Positions 46,911 to 56,264 of a DNA stretch of 64,000 nt are shown piece by piece. Every line of letters begins with the position of its first letter. Position 1 is the stretch's first letter. Position numbers and translations under genes: made by a program. Under the pieces are notes generated by a model. The model was given only the letters and a program-made list of their open reading frames with translations, was not told the origin of the DNA and did not search any database. Source of the stretch: Candidatus Omnitrophota bacterium (GTDB taxonomy: Bacteria > Omnitrophota > Gorgyraeia > Gygaellales > Profunditerraquicolaceae); assembly GCA_003598135.1 (NCBI GenBank), contig QZKA01000027.1, positions 20,788 to 84,787 on the forward strand, in the 5' to 3' direction.

Positions 46911-47879
46911 ATGGAACTAAAAGGAAAAAACATTCTAGTTACCGGAGGTACGGGTTTCCTGGGCAGCTACATTGTCCAGCGTTGCCTTGATGAGAAGGCG
47001 CGGGTGCGGGTTTTTTCTACGGGAGCGCAGCTAGACAATATAAGGCATCTTTTAAAGAACCCAAGGCTGCATTTTATCGCATCTGATATGAGCGATGCTG
47101 CTTCTTTGGGGAAGGCGGTGAGAGGGGTTGACCTGGTGTTTCATTTCGCCTCTTTTACCAAGACCCAAGAATCGTATCAATACCCCATGAAGGATTTCCA
47201 GACCAATGTGGTGGGCTCGATGCTTCTTCTGGAGGCGATGAGGGCTCACGGAGTGAAACAAATTGTTTTTGCTTCTACGGGAAAGGTGTATGGCCAGCCC
47301 CGCTATTCCCCGGTGGACGAAAATCATCCTATCAGCCCCCAGGAACCTTATAGCGTAGGTAAATATTCGATAGAAAGGTATATCTTGCTTTACCACAAGC
47401 TATACCAGATGAATTACCTCATACTAAGAATATTCGGCATTTATGGCCCCCGGCAACTCCCTAAACCCGGTTCTCTGGTGGGTGTGATCAGCATCCTCGT
47501 TGAAAATATATTAAAATACGGGAAAGTTGACATTTATGGCAACGGCTCGCTTAAAAGGGATTTTCTTTATATCGATGATTTTGTGGAATTTTGCTGCGCT
47601 CTCATAAAAAGAAACCGCTGGCAGCATATACTCAACGTTGCTTCCGGAAAGACTGTCGACCTAAACGGGGTCTTAAAAATCATCTCCAAGGAAATTTACC
47701 CCGATACATTTAAGGTTAATTATAAGCCTTCCTTAAAGAGCGACATAGACCTTTGTCCGGATGTTTCTTTATTAAAGAAAATTTCTTGCTACAAACCTAA
47801 GGTAACCCTACGGAGCGGGATCTCTCGCTATATAGCCTGGTATAAGGACATAAAAAGACATGGATCTGCAGCAGTTTAA
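46911..47879 (+). CDS. NAD-dependent epimerase/dehydratase (extended SDR)
   Basis: ILVTGGTGFLGSYIV plus an SDR Tyr (YSVGK). Confidence 0.75.
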   Translation: MELKGKNILVTGGTGFLGSYIVQRCLDEKARVRVFSTGAQLDNIRHLLKNPRLHFIASDMSDAASLGKAVRGVDLVFHFASFTKTQESYQYPMKDFQTNVVGSMLLLEAMRAHGVKQIVFASTGKVYGQPRYSPVDENHPISPQEPYSVGKYSIERYILLYHKLYQMNYLILRIFGIYGPRQLPKPGSLVGVISILVENILKYGKVDIYGNGSLKRDFLYIDDFVEFCCALIKRNRWQHILNVASGKTVDLNGVLKIISKEIYPDTFKVNYKPSLKSDIDLCPDVSLLKKISCYKPKVTLRSGISRYIAWYKDIKRHGSAAV

Positions 47880-48915
47880 TAGCTACAAAATATTAACACA
47901 CCTGGGAACGATTCGTAAATTCTCAAGGGGCAATAATCCCTTTCCTGTTTCCTGCGAAATTGACCCGAGCAATCTATGCAACCATGATTGCCTCTGGTGT
48001 TATTTCGTTGACAGCCGTAAAGGCACCAGGACAAACCTGAAAAAAGAAACCCTGCTTAGTTTAATTGATGACCTGGCTAAGGGAGGCACTAAGTCTGTTA
48101 CGCTTACCGGGGGAGGCGAGCCCCTGGTCAATCCCGCCACGATGGAAGCCATTGCCAGGACGCATGCAAAGGGAATGCGCGTCGGCCTGGTAACCAATGG
48201 CGGGCTCTTGGATGAAGGAAAAAACAAGGTTATTGTTTCTTGCTGTGATTTTGTCAGGATAAGCCTTGATGCGGTTGACCGGAAATCGCATAGTAAGTTG
48301 CATAAGCCGCATAACCCTACGGCGGATAATTTCGAGATGGTCCTTAAGAATCTTTCTTCTTTGGTGGCACTGCGCAGGAAGTTACGAAAAAAAATAACCA
48401 TAGGAATCGGTTTTCTCGTACATAGCGATAACTATAGAAAACTTTCATCTTTAGCCTCATGGCTTAAAAAAGCGGGCGCGGATTACCTGCAGATTAGGCC
48501 AATCTTTATACCGGGAAATGAGGCGATTACCAGGGTTTGGGTAACTGCCTATAAAGAGATCCGCAAGGCAATTGCCTTGACAGATCGTTCATTTTATGTG
48601 TTTCCCATAAAGCAGCGCTACGAAGAAATTATGAGCCGGCATAAAAATTATAGTTGTTGTAATATTCACAATTTGTTATCGGTTGTTGGTGCTGATGCAA
48701 ACGTATATATGTGTAGCCTATTCCGTGGTGATGGCCGGTTCAGTTTTGGCAGCCTTTATGAGAATTCGTTTGCTGAAATCTGGAACGGCAAAAGAAGGAA
48801 AGAGGTACTAAGGTCATTTGATATCAGAAAGTGTCCGGCGTGTCGTTATAATACGTATAACGAGATCCTCCAGTATGTATTGAACCCTAAGAAGCCGCAT
48901 GCAGAATTTTTATGA
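47860..48915 (+). CDS. Radical SAM protein, paralog a' of 45852..46907
   Basis: CNHDCLWC, with C-terminal CPACRYNTYNE. A 24-nt stretch (tcctgcgaaattgacccgagcaat) is identical in the two paralog genes. Confidence 0.75.
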   Translation: MDLQQFNSYKILTHLGTIRKFSRGNNPFPVSCEIDPSNLCNHDCLWCYFVDSRKGTRTNLKKETLLSLIDDLAKGGTKSVTLTGGGEPLVNPATMEAIARTHAKGMRVGLVTNGGLLDEGKNKVIVSCCDFVRISLDAVDRKSHSKLHKPHNPTADNFEMVLKNLSSLVALRRKLRKKITIGIGFLVHSDNYRKLSSLASWLKKAGADYLQIRPIFIPGNEAITRVWVTAYKEIRKAIALTDRSFYVFPIKQRYEEIMSRHKNYSCCNIHNLLSVVGADANVYMCSLFRGDGRFSFGSLYENSFAEIWNGKRRKEVLRSFDIRKCPACRYNTYNEILQYVLNPKKPHAEFL

Positions 48916-50069
48916 TGAAAATAGCCGATATAAAGGCGGTCGTAGTAACCCATGTGACTATTTCAGAGCCTTCTTTGGCTGAAGTATACGGCCAGTGTCA
49001 CGCAATAGCCGACTTTTTAAAAGAAAATGCGCAAGAGCTACTTTTTATCCGTCATCCGCTTAACGGAAAATTTTGCTCCCGGGCAGAACGATTCTCAAAA
49101 GATACCGTTGTCCCAACTGATACGGGCAAGAATACTGCTTCGGGGATAATGAGATACATCGCCGATGTTTTGACTACCCTGAAGGTAACATACTCGTCAA
49201 GCAAAAGCTGGGATGTGTTCATCGGCGTAAATAGCCTTAATGCATTCAGCGGAATTCTGCTTAAGCGGATGAAGAAGGTAAAGCGGGTTATTTTCTATAC
49301 TGCAGACTACGTTCCGTTACGTTTTAAGAACAGGATTATGAATTCAACATACCATTGGTTTGATAGGTTTTGCATAAGGAACGCTGATTTTGTCTGGAAT
49401 ATTTCTCAGGCCCAGGTTGCGATAAGGCGTACACAAGGCGTTTCAGATGCGCACAATATTCATGTGCCCCACGGCATAGATACGGAAAAGATAAAGCCCC
49501 AGCCAGTTGAGAATATAGACAGGTTCAGCTTTGTTATCGCAGCCAACCTTACCCGGGCTTTCAATCATACGCTTATTCTGGATGCATTTAGCGAGACGGT
49601 AAAACGGATACCTCACGCCAGGTTATTTATTGTCGGTACAGGTGAGTCAGAACAAGAGATTCAACATTACATCAATCTAAAAAATATAGAAAATTCAGTT
49701 TTTATGGAGGGTTGGATGCCTCATGAGAAATTACTCGCTTTTCTATCGCGCTGCGGGGTAGGGATAGCCATTTATACTTCTGAGTGCAGTTGGACTAATT
49801 TCTCCGATTCTTTTAAAACCAAGGAATACCTCGGTTGCGGCTGCCCTGTTATTATTTCCGGCGCCCAAGGCGCCATTAGTGAGGCGAAAGAAAGCAATGC
49901 CCTTATCGTTGTAGAGCAGACAAAAGACTCCCTCTCGCAGGCAATGTTGAAAATGCTGCAAGACGAAACGTTCTATATGCAATGCCGTAAGAACGCAATT
50001 AATTTCATGAAAAACCTTGATTGGCGCGCGATTTACGGGCGCAGCCTCAAGTTTCTTAATTCAAACTAA
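48912..50069 (+). CDS. GT4-family (GT-B fold) glycosyltransferase
   Basis: C-terminal E..K motif region (EGWMPHEKLLAFLSRCGVGIAIYTS...KTKEYLGCGCPVIIS), typical of retaining GT4 enzymes. Confidence 0.6.
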   Translation: MMKIADIKAVVVTHVTISEPSLAEVYGQCHAIADFLKENAQELLFIRHPLNGKFCSRAERFSKDTVVPTDTGKNTASGIMRYIADVLTTLKVTYSSSKSWDVFIGVNSLNAFSGILLKRMKKVKRVIFYTADYVPLRFKNRIMNSTYHWFDRFCIRNADFVWNISQAQVAIRRTQGVSDAHNIHVPHGIDTEKIKPQPVENIDRFSFVIAANLTRAFNHTLILDAFSETVKRIPHARLFIVGTGESEQEIQHYINLKNIENSVFMEGWMPHEKLLAFLSRCGVGIAIYTSECSWTNFSDSFKTKEYLGCGCPVIISGAQGAISEAKESNALIVVEQTKDSLSQAMLKMLQDETFYMQCRKNAINFMKNLDWRAIYGRSLKFLNSN

Positions 50070-50073
50070 GGAT

Positions 50074-51507
50074 ATGGACACACGCAGGGTAGTTTTATTC
50101 AATGCGCCGGTCTGCCAAAGCAAGAAAGACGAGATAGAGGAGGGTAATGAACACTTGCGTATCGGCATCGCTTCAATAGCGGCATATTTGAAAAGCAAAG
50201 GTGTTTCAGTCTTGATGATAGATACCGAAGATTTACCCAGCATTAAAAAGATGCTACGGGTCTTCTCTCCTCAATTCGCCGGACTTCCGGCATATACCTG
50301 CGAGGTGTATGATACCGCTAGAACGGCTAAGATGGTGAAAGAGATAGTACCAGAGTCCAGAATTGTAGTAGGAGGCCCGCATCCTAGTGCGCTTCCGGAA
50401 GAGACGCTGCGCGAATTTCCCGTGTTTGATCTGGCCGTTATCGGTGAAGGGGAAAAGACTTTTTATGAAATCGTGCGAGGGGATACGCGGATTGAGGAGC
50501 TCAAAGGGGTTGCATATGCCAGAAACGGTTCAATTTATGTTAATCCTAAAGCGGGTCCTTTAGAGTCTCTGGACGCGCTTCCGGATCCGGCCTGGGACCT
50601 CTATAACCTGGTTCGTTATAAGAAAATTTTTTGGGGTAAAACACGCAATGCGTTTAAAATTGTAAAAGATAATGATATGCTGTTTCTGCCAATTGAGAGT
50701 ATGCGAGGGTGTCCTTTTGAATGCCTCTTTTGTTTCCGTTTAAATGACAGGAGCGTACGCTATAAGTCACCTTTGCGGGTAGCAGAGGAGCTAGAGCGTG
50801 GCATCGAACAGTTTAATGCAGGCAGGTTTTATTTCGTTGATCCTACTTTCGGTATCAATAAGCAATACACACTTGAATTGTGTGATTTGATAGTAAAGAA
50901 AAGGCTGCAGGAAAGAATCGGCTGGGAAGTAAGCTCAAGGGTAGATGTGATGGATGAGGAATTATTGAAGAGCATGAAAAAGGCAGGGTGCGATACTATC
51001 GGTTTCGGGATAGAATCAGGCAACGATGACGTCCTTGAACATACAGGAAAGCATACGAATAAAAAGATGATCCTTGATGTCATAAGACTTTGCAATAAGA
51101 TCGGGATAACCGTAGGCAGCACTTTTATTTTCGGCCATCCGCATGAGTCCAAGCAAAGAATAAATGAAACCATCAAATTTGCAAGGAGCCTGCCTATTGC
51201 TACCGCAAGTTTCGCTATTATGGTCCCTTTCCCAGGCACAAAGATATATGAAATGGCCAAACAGGACCTCGGAGGATTCAGGATTCTGACAAAACAGTGG
51301 GATGCCTACGGCAAACAGGTAGGGATGGCTATGGAATTAGAAAATGTTCCCCAAAAGGAATTATTAAAGTTGCAAGCCAAGGCATACATTTATTTTTATT
51401 GCAGTTTTCGCAGGATTGCATTTCTTTTGCGTCATCTTACGTTTGCAAGGGCGCTGTATGCTTTTAAAAGATCCTTGTTTTTATTACGCGTTGATAAAAG
51501 ATCTTAA
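50074..51507 (+). CDS. Cobalamin-binding (class B) radical SAM protein, copy 4
   Basis: B12-binding N-terminus (RVVLFNAP...IGIASIAAYL) and MRGCPFECLFCFR. The start at MDTRR has an AAGGA RBS. Confidence 0.85.
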   Translation: MDTRRVVLFNAPVCQSKKDEIEEGNEHLRIGIASIAAYLKSKGVSVLMIDTEDLPSIKKMLRVFSPQFAGLPAYTCEVYDTARTAKMVKEIVPESRIVVGGPHPSALPEETLREFPVFDLAVIGEGEKTFYEIVRGDTRIEELKGVAYARNGSIYVNPKAGPLESLDALPDPAWDLYNLVRYKKIFWGKTRNAFKIVKDNDMLFLPIESMRGCPFECLFCFRLNDRSVRYKSPLRVAEELERGIEQFNAGRFYFVDPTFGINKQYTLELCDLIVKKRLQERIGWEVSSRVDVMDEELLKSMKKAGCDTIGFGIESGNDDVLEHTGKHTNKKMILDVIRLCNKIGITVGSTFIFGHPHESKQRINETIKFARSLPIATASFAIMVPFPGTKIYEMAKQDLGGFRILTKQWDAYGKQVGMAMELENVPQKELLKLQAKAYIYFYCSFRRIAFLLRHLTFARALYAFKRSLFLLRVDKRS

Positions 51508-51552
51508 TAGTGCTTTTAACGAAATACTATAATGAAGGGAGATTAAAATAGT

Positions 51553-52584
51553 ATGCTTAAAATAGGAATAATCGGGGCAGGCGGTTGGGGCCAGAATTTG
51601 GTGCGTGTATTTAGTCAGCTTCCGAATGCGCAGGTCTTAAGCATATGCGATTCTAATGCAAGCCGTTTAGAGTTCATAAAATCAAAATATCACCCTTTAA
51701 AGAGCGCTACGGATTATCGCGAGCTTCTTAAGGACGCCGAGATTGATGCAGTGGTAATTGCAACTTCTGCGGCGAGCCATTTCCCGATCGCCAAAGATGT
51801 ACTCACGCACAACAAGCATGTATTTGTAGAAAAGCCGCTGGCCCTCTCGTCAGCTGAGTGTGAAACGCTCATTACGATGGCTCAAGGCCGGCATTTAACG
51901 CTGATGGTAGGGCATACGTTCCTCTACAATCCCGCTGTCCGCAAGGCTAAAGAATACCTGGAAAAGAAATACTTAGGAGACATTTATTATATTTACACGC
52001 AACGGCTTAACTTAGGCATAGTCCGCAGGGACGTGAATGCGATGTGGAATTTTGCTCCTCATGATATTTCTATCATCATGTATCTTTTGGATAAGCTTCC
52101 TTCGGCGGTTTCTGCCCGAGGGCTTTCCTATATCCAGGAGAATATTGAAGACGTGGTATTTTTGAACCTCGATTTCCCCGGAGGCGCTTCCGCGCATATC
52201 CATATCAGCTGGTTGGATCCGAATAAAACGAGAAAGGTAACGATTATCGGCAGCGAAAGGATGATTGTCTACGATGACATCAACTCCGATGCCAGGATCC
52301 AGATTTACGACAAGGGGATTACGAAAAAGGCGAACGTCTCTCTTGAAGAATTCAATTCCTACGGCCAGTTCCAGCTTATTCATCGCGCAGGAGACGTGCT
52401 TATCCCTAAGGTAGATACCACAGAAGCGCTGCAGACAGAAGCTGAGCATTTCGTCGATTGTATCATCAATAAGAAAAAGCCGCTTTCTGACGGGACTAAT
52501 GGCCTTGCGGTCGTAAAGATCCTTGAAGCAGCAGACAGGTCCATAAAGGCAGGCGGCACAGTACAGCAGGTTACCTGGAGGTAG
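51553..52584 (+). CDS. Gfo/Idh/MocA-family oxidoreductase, copy 3
   Basis: LKIGIIGAGGWGQNLVRVF and EKPLA motifs. Confidence 0.8.
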   Translation: MLKIGIIGAGGWGQNLVRVFSQLPNAQVLSICDSNASRLEFIKSKYHPLKSATDYRELLKDAEIDAVVIATSAASHFPIAKDVLTHNKHVFVEKPLALSSAECETLITMAQGRHLTLMVGHTFLYNPAVRKAKEYLEKKYLGDIYYIYTQRLNLGIVRRDVNAMWNFAPHDISIIMYLLDKLPSAVSARGLSYIQENIEDVVFLNLDFPGGASAHIHISWLDPNKTRKVTIIGSERMIVYDDINSDARIQIYDKGITKKANVSLEEFNSYGQFQLIHRAGDVLIPKVDTTEALQTEAEHFVDCIINKKKPLSDGTNGLAVVKILEAADRSIKAGGTVQQVTWR

Positions 52585-52590
52585 CAAGAT

Positions 52591-53649
52591 ATGAAGGTCG
52601 CATCGATTATCGGGACAAGGCCTAATTTTATCAAAGAATATTCCATTAATCGCGCCTTTAAGAACAAGGGCATTAAGGAAGTCATTATTCACACCGGTCA
52701 GCATTACGATTTCGCTATGTCCAACATCTTTTTTAAGGAACTCAATATCCCCCAACCCGATTATATTGCTGAAATACTAAAGGGGCGGCACGGGCAGGAA
52801 ACCGCGGCTATGCTGTCTTTTATAGAAGATATCTTAATTCAGGAAAAGCCTACTCTCACGCTTGTCTATGGTGATGTGAATTCGACCGTTGCCGGCGCTT
52901 TGGCTTCAGCAAAGCTTAAAATCCCCGTAGCCCACATAGAGGCGGGGTTACGGACTGAATCCAGGCATAATCCCGAGGAAATCAACCGCAGGGTTGCTGA
53001 TACCCTTTCATCTGTTTTATTTCCGCACATAAAGGAGGCATATGATTCCCTCCTTAATGAAAGTTACCACAAGGATGATGTTTTTTTGGTAGGGGACGTA
53101 ATGTTAGACAGCCTCACCAGGGCAATAAAGGAGTTTTCGATAAAAGTAACGAAAGGAGACTATCTCCTTGTGACTCTTCACAGGGAAGAGAACACCGATA
53201 CGCGGCAGCGCCTGTCGAATGTTATCGATGCCCTGATTGAGTGTAAAGAAAAGGTCAAATTTCCTGTGCATCCTAGGACTGAAAAGAAGCTGCGAGAATA
53301 TAAACTTTACGAAAAACTTGCCCGTGCGCCCTCAGTTGAGATTTTGAAGCCGCTAGGCTACGTTGATTTTGTCCGTTTGCTCGCTGGTGCAAAAAAGGTG
53401 CTTACGGATTCGGGAGGAGTAAGGCGTGAGGCATACATGTTGAAAAAGCCGGTGATAACCCTGATTGATATAATCTGGGTCCCGCGCATGGTAGAGATCG
53501 GCTGGAGCAGGGTGGTTGATGTTGATAAGAAAAAAATTCTTGATGCTATCCGTACCCATGACCCAAAACTAAATACTTGGGAAAATATCTTTGGAGACGG
53601 TAAGGCATCAGAGAGGGTCGCTGACATTTTAATGAAAAGGTACGGGTGA
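52591..53649 (+). CDS. UDP-N-acetylglucosamine 2-epimerase-like (non-hydrolysing WecB/Cap5P family)
   Basis: IGTRPNFIKEYSI...HTGQHYDFAMSNIFF...VHIEAGLRT matches the WecB fold signatures. Confidence 0.75.
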   Translation: MKVASIIGTRPNFIKEYSINRAFKNKGIKEVIIHTGQHYDFAMSNIFFKELNIPQPDYIAEILKGRHGQETAAMLSFIEDILIQEKPTLTLVYGDVNSTVAGALASAKLKIPVAHIEAGLRTESRHNPEEINRRVADTLSSVLFPHIKEAYDSLLNESYHKDDVFLVGDVMLDSLTRAIKEFSIKVTKGDYLLVTLHREENTDTRQRLSNVIDALIECKEKVKFPVHPRTEKKLREYKLYEKLARAPSVEILKPLGYVDFVRLLAGAKKVLTDSGGVRREAYMLKKPVITLIDIIWVPRMVEIGWSRVVDVDKKKILDAIRTHDPKLNTWENIFGDGKASERVADILMKRYG

Positions 53650-53652
53650 AGC

Positions 53653-54381
53653 ATGAAAAAAACAAGACTTTCTGTCGTAACTCCCTGCTACAACGAAGAA
53701 GATTCTCTTCCTATGATATTTTACCGCTTTGATCTGTTAGAAAGGCTTATGAATGACTCTGCCTACGATATCGAGTTCGTCATAGTTGATGACGGAAGCC
53801 GCGATAAGACCCCTACAATGCTGGCGTTAAAATACGGCAATAAGCAAAACGTCAAGATAATTACACATCCTACTAACAAAGGATTCGGCGCTGCCCTTAA
53901 AACCGGGCTGCGTGCGGCAAGCGGTGAGGTGGTGGTAACTATTGATGCAGACACCAACTATGACCACGAGGAGATTCCGGAAATTCTTGAGCATCTGTCT
54001 GAAGGGGTAGACGTAGTGACCGCATCGCCTTTTCATCCGGAAGGTAAATGGAATTATCCTGTTCACCGGTTTATTCCTAGCCGTACCGTAGTAGCGCTGT
54101 ACAAGTTCGTATTAAGAGGCAAGGCGGATTTTATGCATACTATGACCAGCGGTTTCCGGGTGTACCGTAAGTATGTCCTCGCAGATATTATGCCCGAAGC
54201 CAATGATTTTCTAGCCACCGCAGAATTGCTTGTCCGGGCATTGCTTAAGGGTTACCAGGTGAAGGAATATCCTACTGTGTTATACGAAAGAAAATTCGGC
54301 GTATCGAAACTAAAGACTTTTAAGACCACAATGAGCCATTTACGCTTTATGTGGAAGATTTACAGGGGGAAAATCCGATAA
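53653..54381 (+). CDS. GT2 glycosyltransferase, Dpm1-like
   Basis: LSVVTPCYNEEDSL...FVIVDDGSRDKT and DADTN. Confidence 0.8.
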   Translation: MKKTRLSVVTPCYNEEDSLPMIFYRFDLLERLMNDSAYDIEFVIVDDGSRDKTPTMLALKYGNKQNVKIITHPTNKGFGAALKTGLRAASGEVVVTIDADTNYDHEEIPEILEHLSEGVDVVTASPFHPEGKWNYPVHRFIPSRTVVALYKFVLRGKADFMHTMTSGFRVYRKYVLADIMPEANDFLATAELLVRALLKGYQVKEYPTVLYERKFGVSKLKTFKTTMSHLRFMWKIYRGKIR

Positions 54382-54383
54382 CT

Positions 54384-56258
54384 ATGTGCGGTATCTGTGG
54401 CATATACCATTTTTCGGGCAAAAGGGTAGATAAGGAATCTCTAGTTGCGATGAGGGATATTATGATCCATCGCGGTCCGGATGGGGAGGGTTTGTTCCTT
54501 GAAAAAAATGTGGGCTTGGGCCACAGGAGACTAAGTATTATCGATATTTCAGGTGGAGCCCAACCGATGTTTAACGAAGATGGCTCGATTGTTCTGGTTC
54601 TTAACGGAGAGATCTACAACTACCTGGAACTAAAAGAAGACTTAAAAAAACGTAACCACGTATTTAAGACCTACAGCGATGCCGAAGTAGTCCTGCATCT
54701 TTACGAAGAATATGGACAAAACTTCCTGCCGTATCTAAATGGAATGTACGCGTTTGCGCTTTATGATAAAAGGAAGAAAAGGCTGTTTATGGCCCGGGAC
54801 CCGTTCGGGATAAAACCCCTTTATTATAAAAGGACCGGCGAAGGATTGCTTTTCGCTTCAGAAATCAAGGCATTGTTGCAATACCCGGGAGAGCGGCCTT
54901 GTATGGATAAGGAAGCATTGATGGATTATTTGACCTTTCAGTATGTGTTAGGAGAAAAAACTTTTTTTAAAAATATCAAAAAAATACTTCCCGGGCATAT
55001 GGTAGTAATTAACAATAGCGAATTCAGCATGAGTCGTTTTTGGGACTTGCCGGCGCAGGAAGAAACAAATCTTAGCGAAGGAGAGTGTCAAGAAGCGCTC
55101 TTATTAGCCTTGAAGGATTCAGTAAGGATTCAGCTGCGAAGCGACGTGCCTGTGGGGAGTTACTTAAGCGGCGGTATCGACACATCTTCAATAGTTTGCT
55201 TAGCTTCCAGGCATTTAGGATATCAACTCAAGACTTTTACTGCCGGATTTAAGGAGGGGGGGGTGTATGATGATACGGAGTTCGCGCGTGTAACCTCCCG
55301 ATACGCCGATACGCGACATTATGAAATTTTTCCGACTTCCGCTGACTTCAGTAATTCTTTTGATAAAATAATATGGCATTTGGATGAGCCTGTTGCAGCC
55401 CAAGGGATATTTCCGCAATATATGGTCTCAAGGCTCGCCAGTGAAAATGTAAAGGTGGCTTTGGGAGGCCAGGGGGCAGATGAAATTATCGGAGGGTATA
55501 CCCGCTACTATTTGCTCTACTTAGAAAGACTACTCCAAGAAAGGATAAGCGGAGTAAAAGACAAAAGCATTTCTTCCTTTCCTTTAGAAGGCGCTCTTTC
55601 GAATATCTCACAGTTGACAAGATATATCCCTCTCTTGCACTATTTTTTTAAAGAAAATTTATTCGGTCCGGTTGAAGAGAGATATTTCAGGTTGATTTGC
55701 AGGTGCGAAAACTTAAATAGCATTTTGTCGGAAGAATTTTTGCAGGACTCCAAGAATTATTCTCCGTTTGAAAGTTTCCTTGAGGTTTTTAAAGGAGGCG
55801 GATATACTCAACTGCTTAATAGGGTACTGCGCTATGAAACAAAAGCGTGGCTTCCGGCATTGCTTCAGGTAGAGGATAGGGTGAGCATGGCTTGCTCTCT
55901 GGAATCACGGGTTCCGTTTCTTGATACGCGTATTGCCCAGTTGATTTTCGGCATGCCGGTCAGCATAAAGTTCAAAAACGGGCAGACCAAATCTATCCTG
56001 CGCAAAACCGTAAAAGGAATTATTCCTGATGCAATCGATGAAAGGAAAGACAAAATAGGGTTTCCGGTCCCGCTTTTTAAATGGTTAAAAAACGACTTAA
56101 ATGATTTTCTTCATGAGAGGGTTGGCGATACTTGTTGTCTCAATGGAATTTTTAAACCCGCTGCCATTCATAAGATTATTGAAGGCAGTCGCGAGTTTGA
56201 CCGTGATGTCTGGGGCATTATGTGTCTGGAATCATGGTACCGGCAGTTTTTTCTTTAA
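54384..56258 (+). CDS. Asparagine synthase (glutamine-hydrolysing)-like amidotransferase
   Basis: N-terminal nucleophile MCGICGI and the PP-loop SGGIDTSS of the AsnB family. Length 625 aa. Confidence 0.8.
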   Translation: MCGICGIYHFSGKRVDKESLVAMRDIMIHRGPDGEGLFLEKNVGLGHRRLSIIDISGGAQPMFNEDGSIVLVLNGEIYNYLELKEDLKKRNHVFKTYSDAEVVLHLYEEYGQNFLPYLNGMYAFALYDKRKKRLFMARDPFGIKPLYYKRTGEGLLFASEIKALLQYPGERPCMDKEALMDYLTFQYVLGEKTFFKNIKKILPGHMVVINNSEFSMSRFWDLPAQEETNLSEGECQEALLLALKDSVRIQLRSDVPVGSYLSGGIDTSSIVCLASRHLGYQLKTFTAGFKEGGVYDDTEFARVTSRYADTRHYEIFPTSADFSNSFDKIIWHLDEPVAAQGIFPQYMVSRLASENVKVALGGQGADEIIGGYTRYYLLYLERLLQERISGVKDKSISSFPLEGALSNISQLTRYIPLLHYFFKENLFGPVEERYFRLICRCENLNSILSEEFLQDSKNYSPFESFLEVFKGGGYTQLLNRVLRYETKAWLPALLQVEDRVSMACSLESRVPFLDTRIAQLIFGMPVSIKFKNGQTKSILRKTVKGIIPDAIDERKDKIGFPVPLFKWLKNDLNDFLHERVGDTCCLNGIFKPAAIHKIIEGSREFDRDVWGIMCLESWYRQFFL

Positions 56259-56264
56259 AAAGAA

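Noticed and set aside
52012-52755. 247-aa ORF on the minus strand
   Set aside because: Antisense to the Gfo/Idh/MocA copy 3 and the WecB-like gene. It has no motifs and spans a + strand gene junction.
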